Source: Alphaproteobacteria bacterium (GTDB taxonomy: Bacteria > Pseudomonadota > Alphaproteobacteria > JAAXGF01). From it: a stretch of DNA of 64,000 bases. Both the position numbers and the translations under genes were made by a program. Below are positions 10,817-20,625 of the stretch, piece after piece. Position 1 is the first letter of the stretch. Each line of letters opens with the position of its first letter. Below the pieces are notes generated by a model. The model searched no databases, was not told the origin of the DNA, and saw only the letters and a program-made list of their open reading frames with translations. The stretch spans positions 1,504,001 to 1,568,000 of the forward strand of contig CAUVXB020000001.1 in the NCBI GenBank assembly GCA_963555825.3, in the 5' to 3' direction.

Positions 10817-11349
10817 AGCCCGGATTTCTCACCAAGGACAGGCGCGTCATCGCGTCGGGCGGTCGCCGATCCGCCAGGAGAAGGCCGCGGCGCATAGCCC
10901 GGGCTACGCGCAAGGCCTTCGACGCCGCGCCCGCCCGGCGCGACCCTTAAGGGCGGCGGATCTCGGACGACAGGCCGCGTCAAAGCGCTTGCCCGATGCG
11001 CGAGTACTCACTTGCACGATGCCACGGTACGTAAGACGGCCTTGCGTGGTCGTCCGGCAAGGCGCCCGGCGCGCCGCGATGCTGGACGCATCACAAGCGC
11101 CGGGCAACGCCGCCGGCGGCCGCGCAAGGCCGCCCTGCGGGTCGCGTTTCCCGCCCCCTCGGGGCGTCGGGAACGCTCTGCGATGCCAAGGCATCGCCGT
11201 CACGCCCCCGACTGCCGAGGAAACGGGAAACGCGATCCTACGTGCCGTGGAATCGTGCAAGGGAGTACTGGCATCGCGCGGCACGCTTTTCCTAGCCTGT
11301 CGGCCGATATCCGCCGTGCCGCACCTGTCCGTGGTGAGAAAGCCGGGCT
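10817..11349. mobile_element. Non-coding foldback MITE-like element, family A copy 1 (533 bp)
   Basis: ~26-bp TIRs AGCCCGGATTTCTCACCAAGGACAGG / CCTGTCCGTGGTGAGAAAGCCGGGCT; nested internal inverted repeats; highly similar to 53419-53955. Confidence 0.8.
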
Positions 11350-11355
11350 GCCCCT

Positions 11356-12669
11356 TCAACCGTCTCCGAACACGCGATCGAAGATCTCGTCGACCCGGGC
11401 CGTGTGATAGGCCGGGTCGAACAGGCCGTCGAGGGCAGACGCGTCGAGCTTGGCCGCCACCTCCGGATCCGCCGCGAGCCGATCGCGAAAACTACCGCCT
11501 TCGTCCCACACCACCATCGCATTGCGCTGCACGGCCGCGTAGGCCGCCTCGCGCGACACGCCCGTCTGAGTCAACGCCAAGAGGACGCGCTGCGAATAGG
11601 CCAGGCCGCCAAGTGCGTCGAGATTGCGCGCCATCGCGTCCGCGTGGACGACCAATTTGTCGATCACGCCGGTCAGCCGCGCCAGCGCGAAGTCGAGCGC
11701 GATCGTCGCGTCGGGCGCCATGACGCGCTCGACCGATGAATGCGAGATGTCGCGCTCGTGCCACAGCGCGATGTTCTCGAGCGCCGGCGTCACCGCAGCG
11801 CGCACGATACGTGCGAGGCCGGTCAGGTTTTCGGTCAGGATCGGGTTGCGCTTGTGCGGCATCGCCGACGATCCCTTCTGACCGGGCGAGAAGTATTCCT
11901 CGGCCTCGCGCACCTCGCTGCGTTGCAAGTGGCGGATTTCGATGGCGAGGCGCTCGATCGAGCCGGCGACGACACCGAGCGTGGCGAAGAACATGGCGTG
12001 GCGGTCGCGCGGGATGACCTGCGTCGAGACTGGCTCGACCGCAAGACCCAGCTTGTCGGCAACATGTGCCTCGACACTCGGGTCGATGTTGGCGAAGGTG
12101 CCGACGGCGCCCGAGATCGCGCAGGTCGCGACGCCGCGCCGCGCCGCCTCGAGCCGTTCGCGGTTGCGCGCGAACTCGGCATAGGCCTGGGCCAGTTTCA
12201 ACCCGAAGGTGGTCGGCTCGGCATGGATGCCGTGGCTGCGGCCAACGCACAGCGTGTCCTTGTGCTCGAAGGCGCGCCGTTTCAACGCCTTGAGGAGCGC
12301 ATCGATGTCATCGAGCAGCAGGCGCGCCGCACGGTCGAGTTGAACCGCGAAACAGGTGTCGAGCACGTCGGACGACGTCATGCCCTGATGGACGAAGCGC
12401 GCCTCGTCGCCGACATGCTCGGCGAGATAGGTCAGGAAGGCGATGACGTCGTGCTTGGTCTCGCGCTCGATTTCCTCGATGCGCGCGACGTCGACGTCGT
12501 CGAGCGCAGGCTGGCCGCGTTGCCAGACGGCCCGCGCGGCCTCGGCTGGCACGACGCCGAGTTCAGCGAGTGCGTCCAAGGCATGCGCCTCGATCTCGAA
12601 CCAGATGCGATATCGCGTTTCGTCCCGCCAGATATCGCTCATCCCGGGACGGCTGTAGCGTGGGATCAT
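11356..12669 (-). CDS. purB: Adenylosuccinate lyase
   Basis: MIPRYSR, TKHDVIAFL, HQGMTSSDVLDT, GRSHGIHAEP, GSSAMPHKRNP, WHERDISHSS. Confidence 0.97.
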   Translation of the reverse strand: MIPRYSRPGMSDIWRDETRYRIWFEIEAHALDALAELGVVPAEAARAVWQRGQPALDDVDVARIEEIERETKHDVIAFLTYLAEHVGDEARFVHQGMTSSDVLDTCFAVQLDRAARLLLDDIDALLKALKRRAFEHKDTLCVGRSHGIHAEPTTFGLKLAQAYAEFARNRERLEAARRGVATCAISGAVGTFANIDPSVEAHVADKLGLAVEPVSTQVIPRDRHAMFFATLGVVAGSIERLAIEIRHLQRSEVREAEEYFSPGQKGSSAMPHKRNPILTENLTGLARIVRAAVTPALENIALWHERDISHSSVERVMAPDATIALDFALARLTGVIDKLVVHADAMARNLDALGGLAYSQRVLLALTQTGVSREAAYAAVQRNAMVVWDEGGSFRDRLAADPEVAAKLDASALDGLFDPAYHTARVDEIFDRVFGDG

Positions 12670-12769
12670 TCGGTACTCCCCCATGAAGCGGCAAAACATA
12701 TCACCATTTAACGGGCGAACCCATCGGACAGGGGGCAAAATCCACCGGACCGCGCGATTTTCGCCTCTG

Positions 12770-13378
12770 CTAAACGCTCGTGATCGGGGTGTAGCCGGGC
12801 TGGGCTGCGACGCGCGCGAGCCACGCCCGCAGCGCCGGATAACCCGCCAGGTCGAAGCCGCCCTCGTCGGCGACATGGGTGTAGGCGTAGAGCGCGATGT
12901 CGGCGATCGTGCAGCGCGGGCCGACGAAATAGTCGCGTTCGCGCAAGTGTCTTTCCATGACGCCGAGCGCGGCGTGGCCCTGGGCCCGCTTGTCCTCGAG
13001 CGCCGCGCGTTTGGCGTCGTCGAGCGCGAGGTGCTTCAGCCAGAAGCGCGCCGTGGCGATGTTCGGCTCGTGGCTGTACTGCTCGAAGAACATCCAGCGC
13101 AGCGCCTCGGCTCGGCCACGCCGGTCGTCGGGCAGGAACGGTGTGCCCTCGGCGAGGTAGTACAGGATGGCGTTCGATTCGGGCAGGAAGGAGCCGTCCT
13201 CGAGCTCGAGCACGGGGATGCGGCCGTTGGCGTTCTTGGCCAGGAACGCGGGCGTCCGCGTCTCGCCCTCGACGATGTTGTATTCGATCAGCTCGAAGGA
13301 CGACCCGAGCATCGAGAGCAGCAGGCGCACCTTGTAGCCGTTGCCCGAGTCCGAATAGTCGTGCAGCCGCAGCGTCAC
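12770..13378 (-). CDS. Glutathione S-transferase family protein
   Basis: SGNGYKVRL, NANGRIPVLE, ESNAILYYLA, IADIALYAYTH. Confidence 0.93.
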   Translation of the reverse strand: MTLRLHDYSDSGNGYKVRLLLSMLGSSFELIEYNIVEGETRTPAFLAKNANGRIPVLELEDGSFLPESNAILYYLAEGTPFLPDDRRGRAEALRWMFFEQYSHEPNIATARFWLKHLALDDAKRAALEDKRAQGHAALGVMERHLRERDYFVGPRCTIADIALYAYTHVADEGGFDLAGYPALRAWLARVAAQPGYTPITSV

Positions 13379-13806
13379 GGCGCCCCGCCCGCGTCGGTGA
13401 TCTCAGCCGGCAGGTTGTGCTCGAAGCGCTTGAGACCGTGTATCTCGGGCAGCCATGGCGCCCGGCCGTCCCACAGAAGCTCGTATCCCGGCCTCAGCGC
13501 ATGGGGTTTGTCGAGCGCCCCGAGATAGACGTCGAAGCTGTCGGTATCGGCCCACTCGGAGAACAGCGGCGAGCCACATTGCGGGCAGAAATGCCGCCAG
13601 CCCTCGGGCGAGGACTGGAAATGGTCGGTCTCGCCCTGCTCGATGCTGAAACGCTCGCGCGGGAACACCGCGAAGGCGAGGAACGACGAACCCGAGTTGC
13701 GGCGGCAGGTCTCGCAGTGGCAGAGCCCGACCCGCAGGGGCTCCCCCGCGGCGCGAATGCGCACGGCCCCGTCCGGCTTAACCAATTCGGGAAGAGTCAG
13801 CCTCAT
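13375..13806 (-). CDS. GFA (glutathione-dependent formaldehyde-activating) family protein, probably with a replaced 5' end
   Basis: CHCETCRR and FCPQCGS are present, but the usual N-terminal CxC before GAVR is missing. Confidence 0.75.
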   Translation of the reverse strand: MRLTLPELVKPDGAVRIRAAGEPLRVGLCHCETCRRNSGSSFLAFAVFPRERFSIEQGETDHFQSSPEGWRHFCPQCGSPLFSEWADTDSFDVYLGALDKPHALRPGYELLWDGRAPWLPEIHGLKRFEHNLPAEITDAGGAP

Positions 13807-13818
13807 CGCGAATCGGTC

Positions 13819-14244
13819 TTACCCGCCGTCGGGTCGCCCTGTGGTGCGGTCCAGCAGGCCGGGGTGTTTCAGCTTGATGACGATGTCGTCCGGAAGCTTG
13901 CGGCGGTCGAGGACTTTGACCTTGTTCAACTCGAAGGGGAGTGGCACGCGCCCCATCACCCGATCGCCGTAACCGAATTCGACCTCGCCTCGCTCCGGCA
14001 AGGCCACGGGGAAGTAGCCAAGGAGCGCCAAATTGTCGTCGGCGACGTCGGTCCAGGAGCTGGGCAGCATCTTCTTGTCGTCATCGCTGGGGATGATGCG
14101 TACAAAGGGTTCGGCGCCGCGGTGAGGGAAATACGATCCCGTGATCTTTACTTCAACCATCAACTGTGGATACTCTTTCATCTCCACGACCACCTCCCGC
14201 GTGTGCATTTCCAATTCCTTGTGCGGCGTGATTGATGTGAACAT
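13819..14244 (-). CDS. Hypothetical protein
   Basis: 141-aa ORF with protein-like composition, directly downstream of the hydrolase; lower GC than neighbours. Confidence 0.6.
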   Translation of the reverse strand: MFTSITPHKELEMHTREVVVEMKEYPQLMVEVKITGSYFPHRGAEPFVRIIPSDDDKKMLPSSWTDVADDNLALLGYFPVALPERGEVEFGYGDRVMGRVPLPFELNKVKVLDRRKLPDDIVIKLKHPGLLDRTTGRPDGG

Positions 14245-14261
14245 GGATTTATCCCATCGTT

Positions 14262-15575
14262 CTACTGGGTGAATTCGATGTCGTCGATGGCGATCTCGCC
14301 CTGCGCCTTCACACTAAACTGGAGGCTTAAGGTCACGACGTCGCCTAAGTTTACCTTGTCGACGTTCAAGCACACGATCGTATAGGACTTGAGCGGGATA
14401 CGCACTGTACGCATCGCTGACTTGATGAGGCTGGTGTCGTTTCTGGCGTGAGGGTATGGGATTGCCGCGAAGGCACTGACCCGAATGGCGCGTTCGCTGC
14501 CGGCGGAATCCTTCAGTGCCACGCGCAGGTCCTGGGACTGGTTGACCGGGTTGGCGGCGCTACCGGCCTTCTGTGCAATACGAAAGCTCAGCGTCTCGAA
14601 CGCCGTCAGGTCGCGATCACCCACAGGGATCGTGACGGTGATCATGTCGCCGGTGCCGTTCCATTCCAGTTGCAGGCCCGCACTGTCGTGCGGCGACTTG
14701 GGATCCATCGCATGGAGCGCATTCTCGGTGGGATCGGCTGGCAGACCGGTCTGGGCCACGGTGCCGCCCATGAGCGTGGTCTGCTGCCAGCTCGTCGCGG
14801 TGTGCGGTCCCTCGAAGTCATCGAGCACCTTGACGCTGGTTGCGTCCTTGTACTGGGGATAGATTTCGATGGCGCCGCCCAGGGCCTGGGTGACCGTCTG
14901 TGGCTGCCATTCGCCCTTGAAGATACCCGCCCACTTGGCCTCGGGCTGCAGGTGGAGGCGGAAGAAGGCGTTCATATAGCCTTTGGAGATGTTTTTCTGG
15001 TGGATGGGGTCGAGGGCGTTGAGCTGATCAGAAAGGCTGGCGTCGTAGTTCGTGGTAATGAATCCGTTGTGGGTGGCTCCGTAAACGAAAGCCATCGATT
15101 TCTGGGCGCCTGAAGCCCGGTCATAGAGCGAGAAGCCCGTCTGAAGGACGGTGTAGCCAGATGTCCAGGTGCCGCCGTAGATGTCTCCGTCGAGCGAACC
15201 GTAGAGCACGAAGAATGGCGTGGCATGGCCCCCGCCCAACACCTCCGTGCCATACTGATCGGTCGGCGCCAGGGCGATGACGGCATTGATCTGGTGGCCC
15301 AACGCGTTCTCCTGGTTGAGGCGCGCGGCCTTGACGACAGCCTCGCCGCCCCGGCTGTGCCCCATAATGCCGATATTGTTCTGCACCGTGGCCCCGAAGT
15401 CTGCGTTGAGGATGGTCAGGTGCTCGAACAGAACGTTGGCCCGGCCCAGACCTCTCATGCCGTGCGAGGTCGAGTTATAGCGGCAATCGACGCTGGCGGC
15501 GATGAAGCCGTTGTGGGCGAAATGCTGCAGCAAAAAGTCATAAGTCGTGTAGTCCTGGCCATTGCCGTGCACAAT
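14262..15575 (-). pseudogene. Alpha/beta hydrolase with C-terminal beta-rich domain, 5'-truncated by IS21
   Basis: IVHGNG, GHSRGGEA (GxSxG), YGSLDGD, GATHNGF. The ORF's apparent N-terminus is IS21 right-end sequence. Confidence 0.8.
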
Positions 15576-15766
15576 TGTCAATGGCGGAGCAAAAAGGGAC
15601 CACCTCGGCGGTGTAAGAAGGGACCGCTTGGCGGCTGCGGGCTTGTCCCCGTAGTCCACGGGAGGGCCCCGCGCGCGACGCGGCGTGCCCTCAACAGGCT
15701 GACGCGGCGGCGCGCGCGGGAGGGACCTGTGGGCCCACGGGGTCAAGCGTGGGCTGGGTGGTCGGT

Positions 15767-16531
15767 TCAGTTAGCAGTCGGGGTTTGACGCCTGCGGCTC
15801 TGGTTGAGCCTGTAGCTGTCACCGTTCATCTCGAGGATGTTGACGTGGTGGGTGAGGCGATCGAGGAGCGCGCCGGTGAGGCGCTCGGAGCCGAACACCT
15901 CGGTCCATTCGTCGAAGGGCAGATTGGTGGTGACCAGGGTCGAGCCCCGCTCGTAGCGTTGGCTGAACACCTCGAACAACAGCTCGGCGCCGGTCTTCGA
16001 CAGCGGCACGAAGCCGAGTTCGTCGACGATCAGAAGCTTGTAGGTGGCGAGCTTCTTCTGGAACCTCAGCAGCTGCTTGTCATCGCGGGCCTCGATGAGT
16101 TCGTGGACCAGCGCGGCGGCGGTGATGAAGCCGACCGAGAGGCCCTTCTGGCAGGCCGCCAGGCCGAGACCGAGGGCGATGTGGGTCTTGCCGGTCCCAC
16201 TGTTGCCGAGCGCGATGAGGTTCTCGCGGCGCTCGATGTACTCGCAGCGGGCCAGCTCCAGGACCAGCGCCTTGTTGAGCGAGGGGATGACCTTGAAGTC
16301 GAAGCTGTCGAGGCTCTTGACCACGGGGAAGCGCGCCGCCTTGATGCGCCGCTCGACCATGCGGCGCTCGCGGTCGATCAGCTCGAGCTCGGCGAGTCTC
16401 AACAGGTAGCGGACGTGATCGACGCCTTCCGAGGCGCACTGCCGGGCGATCTTGTCGTACTCGCGCAGGAAGGTCGGCAGCTTCAGCGTCTTGAGGTGGT
16501 GGGCGAGCAGCACTTGCGGTGTGTCGGTCAT
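15767..16531 (-). CDS. istB: IS21 helper ATPase IstB
   Basis: Walker A GNSGTGKT, Walker B LLIVDELG, LLDRLTHH, GDSYRL. Confidence 0.95.
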   Translation of the reverse strand: MTDTPQVLLAHHLKTLKLPTFLREYDKIARQCASEGVDHVRYLLRLAELELIDRERRMVERRIKAARFPVVKSLDSFDFKVIPSLNKALVLELARCEYIERRENLIALGNSGTGKTHIALGLGLAACQKGLSVGFITAAALVHELIEARDDKQLLRFQKKLATYKLLIVDELGFVPLSKTGAELLFEVFSQRYERGSTLVTTNLPFDEWTEVFGSERLTGALLDRLTHHVNILEMNGDSYRLNQSRRRQTPTAN

Positions 16532-17297
16532 GCGCCGAGCCCCGACAGCAGGCTCATGTACGACTTGGCGGACGTCATCGCGACCCGGGCGCGCGGCAGA
16601 TACGGATAGACGTCGAGGTTGAGCCTGGGCGGCCGCCGCTCGATGCGGCACAGTACCAGGTGCTTCACCGCATCAAAGCCGATTGCGCCGAGCCGCAGGG
16701 CGTCGCCGACCGCACCCTCGACCTCCTCGAGCCGGAAGGTCTCCAGTAGACGGAGCACCTGGACGTACTCGCGCTTGCCTGCCTTGCCCATACGAGCTTC
16801 GAGGAGCCGCCGCAGAGTGATGAAGGCCTCGGGCAGGTCCCAGCCCGCCAATGGCGCGGCCTGGTCGAGGGCGCCGATCTTCTGCTCGATCAAGGGCAGG
16901 TAATGCAGCGGGTCGAAGATCAGGTCCTCGCTGTCGTAGGACCGGCGGTGCCGGGCGATCACCTCGGCCCCGCAGCTGATCACCACCTCATCGACGTAGC
17001 CCCGGATGAGCACCTCACGGTGGCCGTAGGCCACGGGCACGGAATAGTCGTTGCTGCGGTAACGCACCAGCGACAGCGAACTCGCCCGTCCAGGGCGCTT
17101 ATCGCAGGCATCATAGGGAGCAGGCGGCAATGGCAAGAGAACTTGACGATCCCGCTCGAGACGCTCGCCGATGGTCTCCTTATATGAGGCGTTTGCTGTC
17201 AAGGTGGATTTAATCTACGCGGCACATGATCGTCTCTTCCATTGGTTATGGCTTTGTATCCAGGGCGGGTCTTGCGATGAGTTCCGTGTTTCGTGCG

Positions 17298-17485
17298 AGT
17301 GATCGCATCACCTTATATCCGGCAGCTCCGATCCGGCTTGCCACAATGCTGTATACATGGACCATCACAGGACGGGGATGGGACTAATCTTGTGGACGGC
17401 ACCTTCGCCAAGGAGACATGCAGTCACACATCCAACCTGCCAACAAGCGTTCCCATCGGGGAATGAAGCCCGTTAGAACGCTGAG
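17298..17485 (-). ncRNA. Putative bridge/seek RNA of the IS110 element
   Basis: 5' hairpin (AGCGUUC..GAACGCU); target loop with GUCUCCUU and CCACAAG matching the istA target; donor loop with AGCAU and AUAUAAG matching the circle junction. RNA ends are approximate. Confidence 0.8.
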
Positions 17486-17498
17486 CTGATCCGCAGTC

Positions 17499-18632
17499 CT
17501 ATTTGACGACAGCACCCACCGGGATCAGCCCGGTTTCCAGATACCGCCAAAGCGCGATCGCCAGTTTGCGGGCCAGGGCGACGATCATGACGCGCCTGAT
17601 GCGCCCCTTCTGACCTTGGGTGCGGTCATGGAACCACTGGGTCAGAGCGCTATCGGGTTGATGGCGGACCCAAAGCCATGCGGCTTCGATCATGGCAACC
17701 CGTGCCAGCCGATTGCCCGCCTTGGAGATGCCTTGGCTGCGGCGCCCGTCGCCGCTGTCATAGGCACTGGGCGTGATCCCGATATAGCTTGCCACCTGTC
17801 GGCGATTGGCGAACTGGCGATAATAGACTTCCCGTGCGAGCGTCGTGGATAAGGCCGGGCCGAGGCCCTTTAAGCGCAGCAGCTGGTGACGCTTGCTTTC
17901 CGTGGCCACACACGGTGTCGGCGCTTGATCACGCTCACGCTCGACCTCGACGATCTGCGCTTGGACCTGGGCCAGTCTCGCGATCTCCCGCGCGATCTCG
18001 CGGCCGAGACGGTCCGGCAGGGGTCGGCCGTCTCCGGTGACCAGCGCCGCCGGTGTCAAGGTCTTGTAGCGCGCCTTGACATTGATGCCGCGAATGCCCT
18101 GACCGAATAGCAGACCCTTGATCCGGTTGATGTGGGCGGTTCGCTCGCGGACCAATCGGTCACGTTCCCGATGAGAGCGGCGAAGGTCCTCCTCCGCGAC
18201 GCTCGGAATCACCACCATGGAGCAGACATGACGCTCGCCGCGGCACCAGGCGATCAGCGTATGAAGAATATTCTCGACATCGATGCGGTCGGTCTTCACC
18301 CGCCGCGCCCGGCGGTTGACCCGCAAGCTGGCCGGCTCCATGACCAGACACTCGATGCCGCGCTGCTCGAGGAACCGCGCCAACCAGAAGCCGTCGTAGC
18401 CGGCCTCGTAGCACAGCGTTATCGTCGGCGTTCGACCCGTCACCTTGACCACCCGGTCCCGCGCCGCGTCCAGCTTGGCCATCAGTCCTTCAGCGTCGCC
18501 GCCCTTGATCGGATGCAAGCTCGGATTGCCCCGCCCCGGAGCCTGGATCGCCAAAAGCCAGCTGTTCTTGCTCAACTCCAGTGCCGCATAAATAGCGTGT
18601 TCATTGGAGGTCGATACCGGAAACTGTGCCAT
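17499..18632 (-). CDS. IS110-family DEDD recombinase/transposase
   Basis: ALELSKNSW, CYEAG, KTDRID, GLGP, IGITPSAYDSG (catalytic Ser motif), ISKAGN, VALARKL. Confidence 0.95.
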   Translation of the reverse strand: MAQFPVSTSNEHAIYAALELSKNSWLLAIQAPGRGNPSLHPIKGGDAEGLMAKLDAARDRVVKVTGRTPTITLCYEAGYDGFWLARFLEQRGIECLVMEPASLRVNRRARRVKTDRIDVENILHTLIAWCRGERHVCSMVVIPSVAEEDLRRSHRERDRLVRERTAHINRIKGLLFGQGIRGINVKARYKTLTPAALVTGDGRPLPDRLGREIAREIARLAQVQAQIVEVERERDQAPTPCVATESKRHQLLRLKGLGPALSTTLAREVYYRQFANRRQVASYIGITPSAYDSGDGRRSQGISKAGNRLARVAMIEAAWLWVRHQPDSALTQWFHDRTQGQKGRIRRVMIVALARKLAIALWRYLETGLIPVGAVVK

Positions 18633-19713
18633 CGTGTCGCTCCTTCTGATCGAGGTTGAAATAATCGAAGGAGCTTGAGGCTGCGTCCTTCAGCCTCATA
18701 GCATCTTGTGGCCCCGCAGCCGCGCCGCCTGGCGCCGGCGGCACTGTTCGGCGAGAGCATCGTTGAGGGCCGCGAAGCTCTCGGCACGCGGGACGGGGAC
18801 CAGGAAGTTCCGCCGGATGAAGCCGACCAGTCCCTCGACCTTGCCCTTGTCGTTGCCCTTGCCCGGCCGGCCGAACCTGTCCTCGAACAGATAGTGGGAC
18901 TGAAGCTCCGTGAAGACGCGCGTTCGCTGCCGCTTCCCATCGCCCAGGATCCGGGCAACCGCCAGCTTGGTGTTGTCGTACAGGATGGATCGGGGGACGC
19001 CGCCGAAGAAGGCAAACGCCGCGTTGTGGCCATCGCAGAATGCTTCGGTCGTCTCCGCCGGATAGGCCGCAACAAAGCAACCATCACTGTGGGGAAGGTC
19101 GAAGGCAAGGAAGTGGATCTTCCGTAACGCGCCGCCGATCACCGCCATCGCTTCGCCGAAGTCCGCCTGGGCGTGACCGGGGGAATGGGAGAGTGGCACG
19201 AACACCTCACGCGACCGAAGCCCCTGCTCACGAACGTAGTCCTTCACGATGGTGTAGCCGCCCGTGAAACCGTACTCGTCCCGGAGGCGGTCGAAGATGC
19301 GCTTCGCAGTGTGCCGTTGCTTGCGGTGGCTGGTCCGATCGTCTTCCAAGATCCGATCGATGATTCCCGTGAACGGACCCAGCTTTGGCCGCCTCGGCGG
19401 CGCGCTTCGGCGATACCCTGGCGGCACCGAGAACGACAGCATCTTACGGACCGTCTTGCGGTCTACACCAAACACCCGCGAGGCCTCGCGGGTGCTCATC
19501 CCCTCGACATGACACGCCCGCCGAACCCGTGCGTACAACTCCACCCGATACATCCCCCCCGCCTTCCAGTCAGAGCAACCCTGACAGAAGGCTATACGCG
19601 GTCCCATTTTGGTCCGCCGCAGCCGGATCGACCGGCCGCTTCAGTGGGGGATTATTGCTCTGCCGTTCTCACCATCTGGGGAATCTCGGATTAGCCCGCC
19701 AGGGGCGGCGGTC

Positions 19714-20625
19714 ATGGCGCAAATTCAATCGATCAGTCCCGACACCTCGGCCGACCAGGCGATGGCCATCCTCGATCGTGACGGCGCGGTCATCTACGAG
19801 CGCCTTCTCGACGCTGAGACGATCGAGGTGATCCAGGCCGAGCTCGGCAGCTATCTCGACCGCTCCTATCTCGGCGAGGGCGAGTTCTGGGGGTTCAAGA
19901 CCAAGCGAATCAGTAGCCTGGTGGCGAAGTCGCGGACCTTCGCCGAGCGGGTCGCGCCCAACCCGGTGATCCTCGCGGTCATGGACCAGCTCCTCGGGCC
20001 GCGCTGCGAGCGCTACCAACTCCACGTCACCCAGACCGTCAACATCGGCCCCGGTGAAGGGGAGCAGATCCTGCACCGCGACGACGGCTTGCTGCCCTTC
20101 GTCCATCCCGGCCCCCAGGCACTCTGTAACACCATGTGGTCGCTCACCGACTTCACGGCGGAACTCGGCGCGACGCGGGTGATCGTGGGAAGCCACCAGT
20201 GGGACGACCAGCGCCTGCCCGGCGCGGACGACGAGACCGCCCAGGCGATCATGCCGCGCGGTTCCTGCCTGATCTACGTCGGCTCGGTCTGGCATGGCGG
20301 CGGCGCCAACCGGACAGCGGATCAGTGGCGCACCGGGATGATCTGCGGCTACAGCCTGGGCTGGCTGCGCCAGGAGGAAAACCAGTACCTCGCCGTGCCG
20401 CCGGCGGTTGCCAAGGACCTGCCCGAGCATGTCCAGCACCTGATCGGTTACAAGCTTCACGGCGGCTTCCTCGGCTGGGTCGAGGGACACGACCCCCATA
20501 TCGTCCTCGAAGACCGCTACAGCGACGTCATGCCCGCCTCGCCAGAGGGCGGCGAGGCCACCGCGGAAACCCAGATGCTCAAGACTGCCACACTTGGCGA
20601 TCCCCGCTTCATCACCCTGGGCTGA
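19714..20625 (+). CDS. Phytanoyl-CoA dioxygenase (PhyH) family Fe(II)/2OG dioxygenase
   Basis: QILHRDD, LTDFTAELGATRVIVGSH, SVWHGGGAN, GWLRQEENQYL. Confidence 0.92.
   Translation: MAQIQSISPDTSADQAMAILDRDGAVIYERLLDAETIEVIQAELGSYLDRSYLGEGEFWGFKTKRISSLVAKSRTFAERVAPNPVILAVMDQLLGPRCERYQLHVTQTVNIGPGEGEQILHRDDGLLPFVHPGPQALCNTMWSLTDFTAELGATRVIVGSHQWDDQRLPGADDETAQAIMPRGSCLIYVGSVWHGGGANRTADQWRTGMICGYSLGWLRQEENQYLAVPPAVAKDLPEHVQHLIGYKLHGGFLGWVEGHDPHIVLEDRYSDVMPASPEGGEATAETQMLKTATLGDPRFITLG

Larger units (their letters stand above)
17182..18704 (-). mobile_element. IS110-family element (IS1111-like: sub-terminal IRs, long downstream non-coding end)
   Basis: Boundaries defined against the empty site at 25290-25301. 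Core CTT/AAG at both junctions (17179-17181, 18705-18707); sub-terminal IRs TATGAGGC/GCCTCATA. Confidence 0.93.
16528..19553 (-). pseudogene. istA: IS21 transposase IstA, split by IS110 at RLRGHK|ETIGERL
   Basis: The two halves (ORFs 18696..19607 and 16528..17202) join to give exactly the intact IstA at 24448..25947. Confidence 0.95.
15576..19671 (-). mobile_element. IS21-family element copy A, istA interrupted by IS110
   Basis: Ends TGAGAACGGCAGAGCAATAAT (19671) and CTCCGCCATTGACA (15576). Matches copy B apart from the IS110 insert; no target duplication. Confidence 0.95.
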
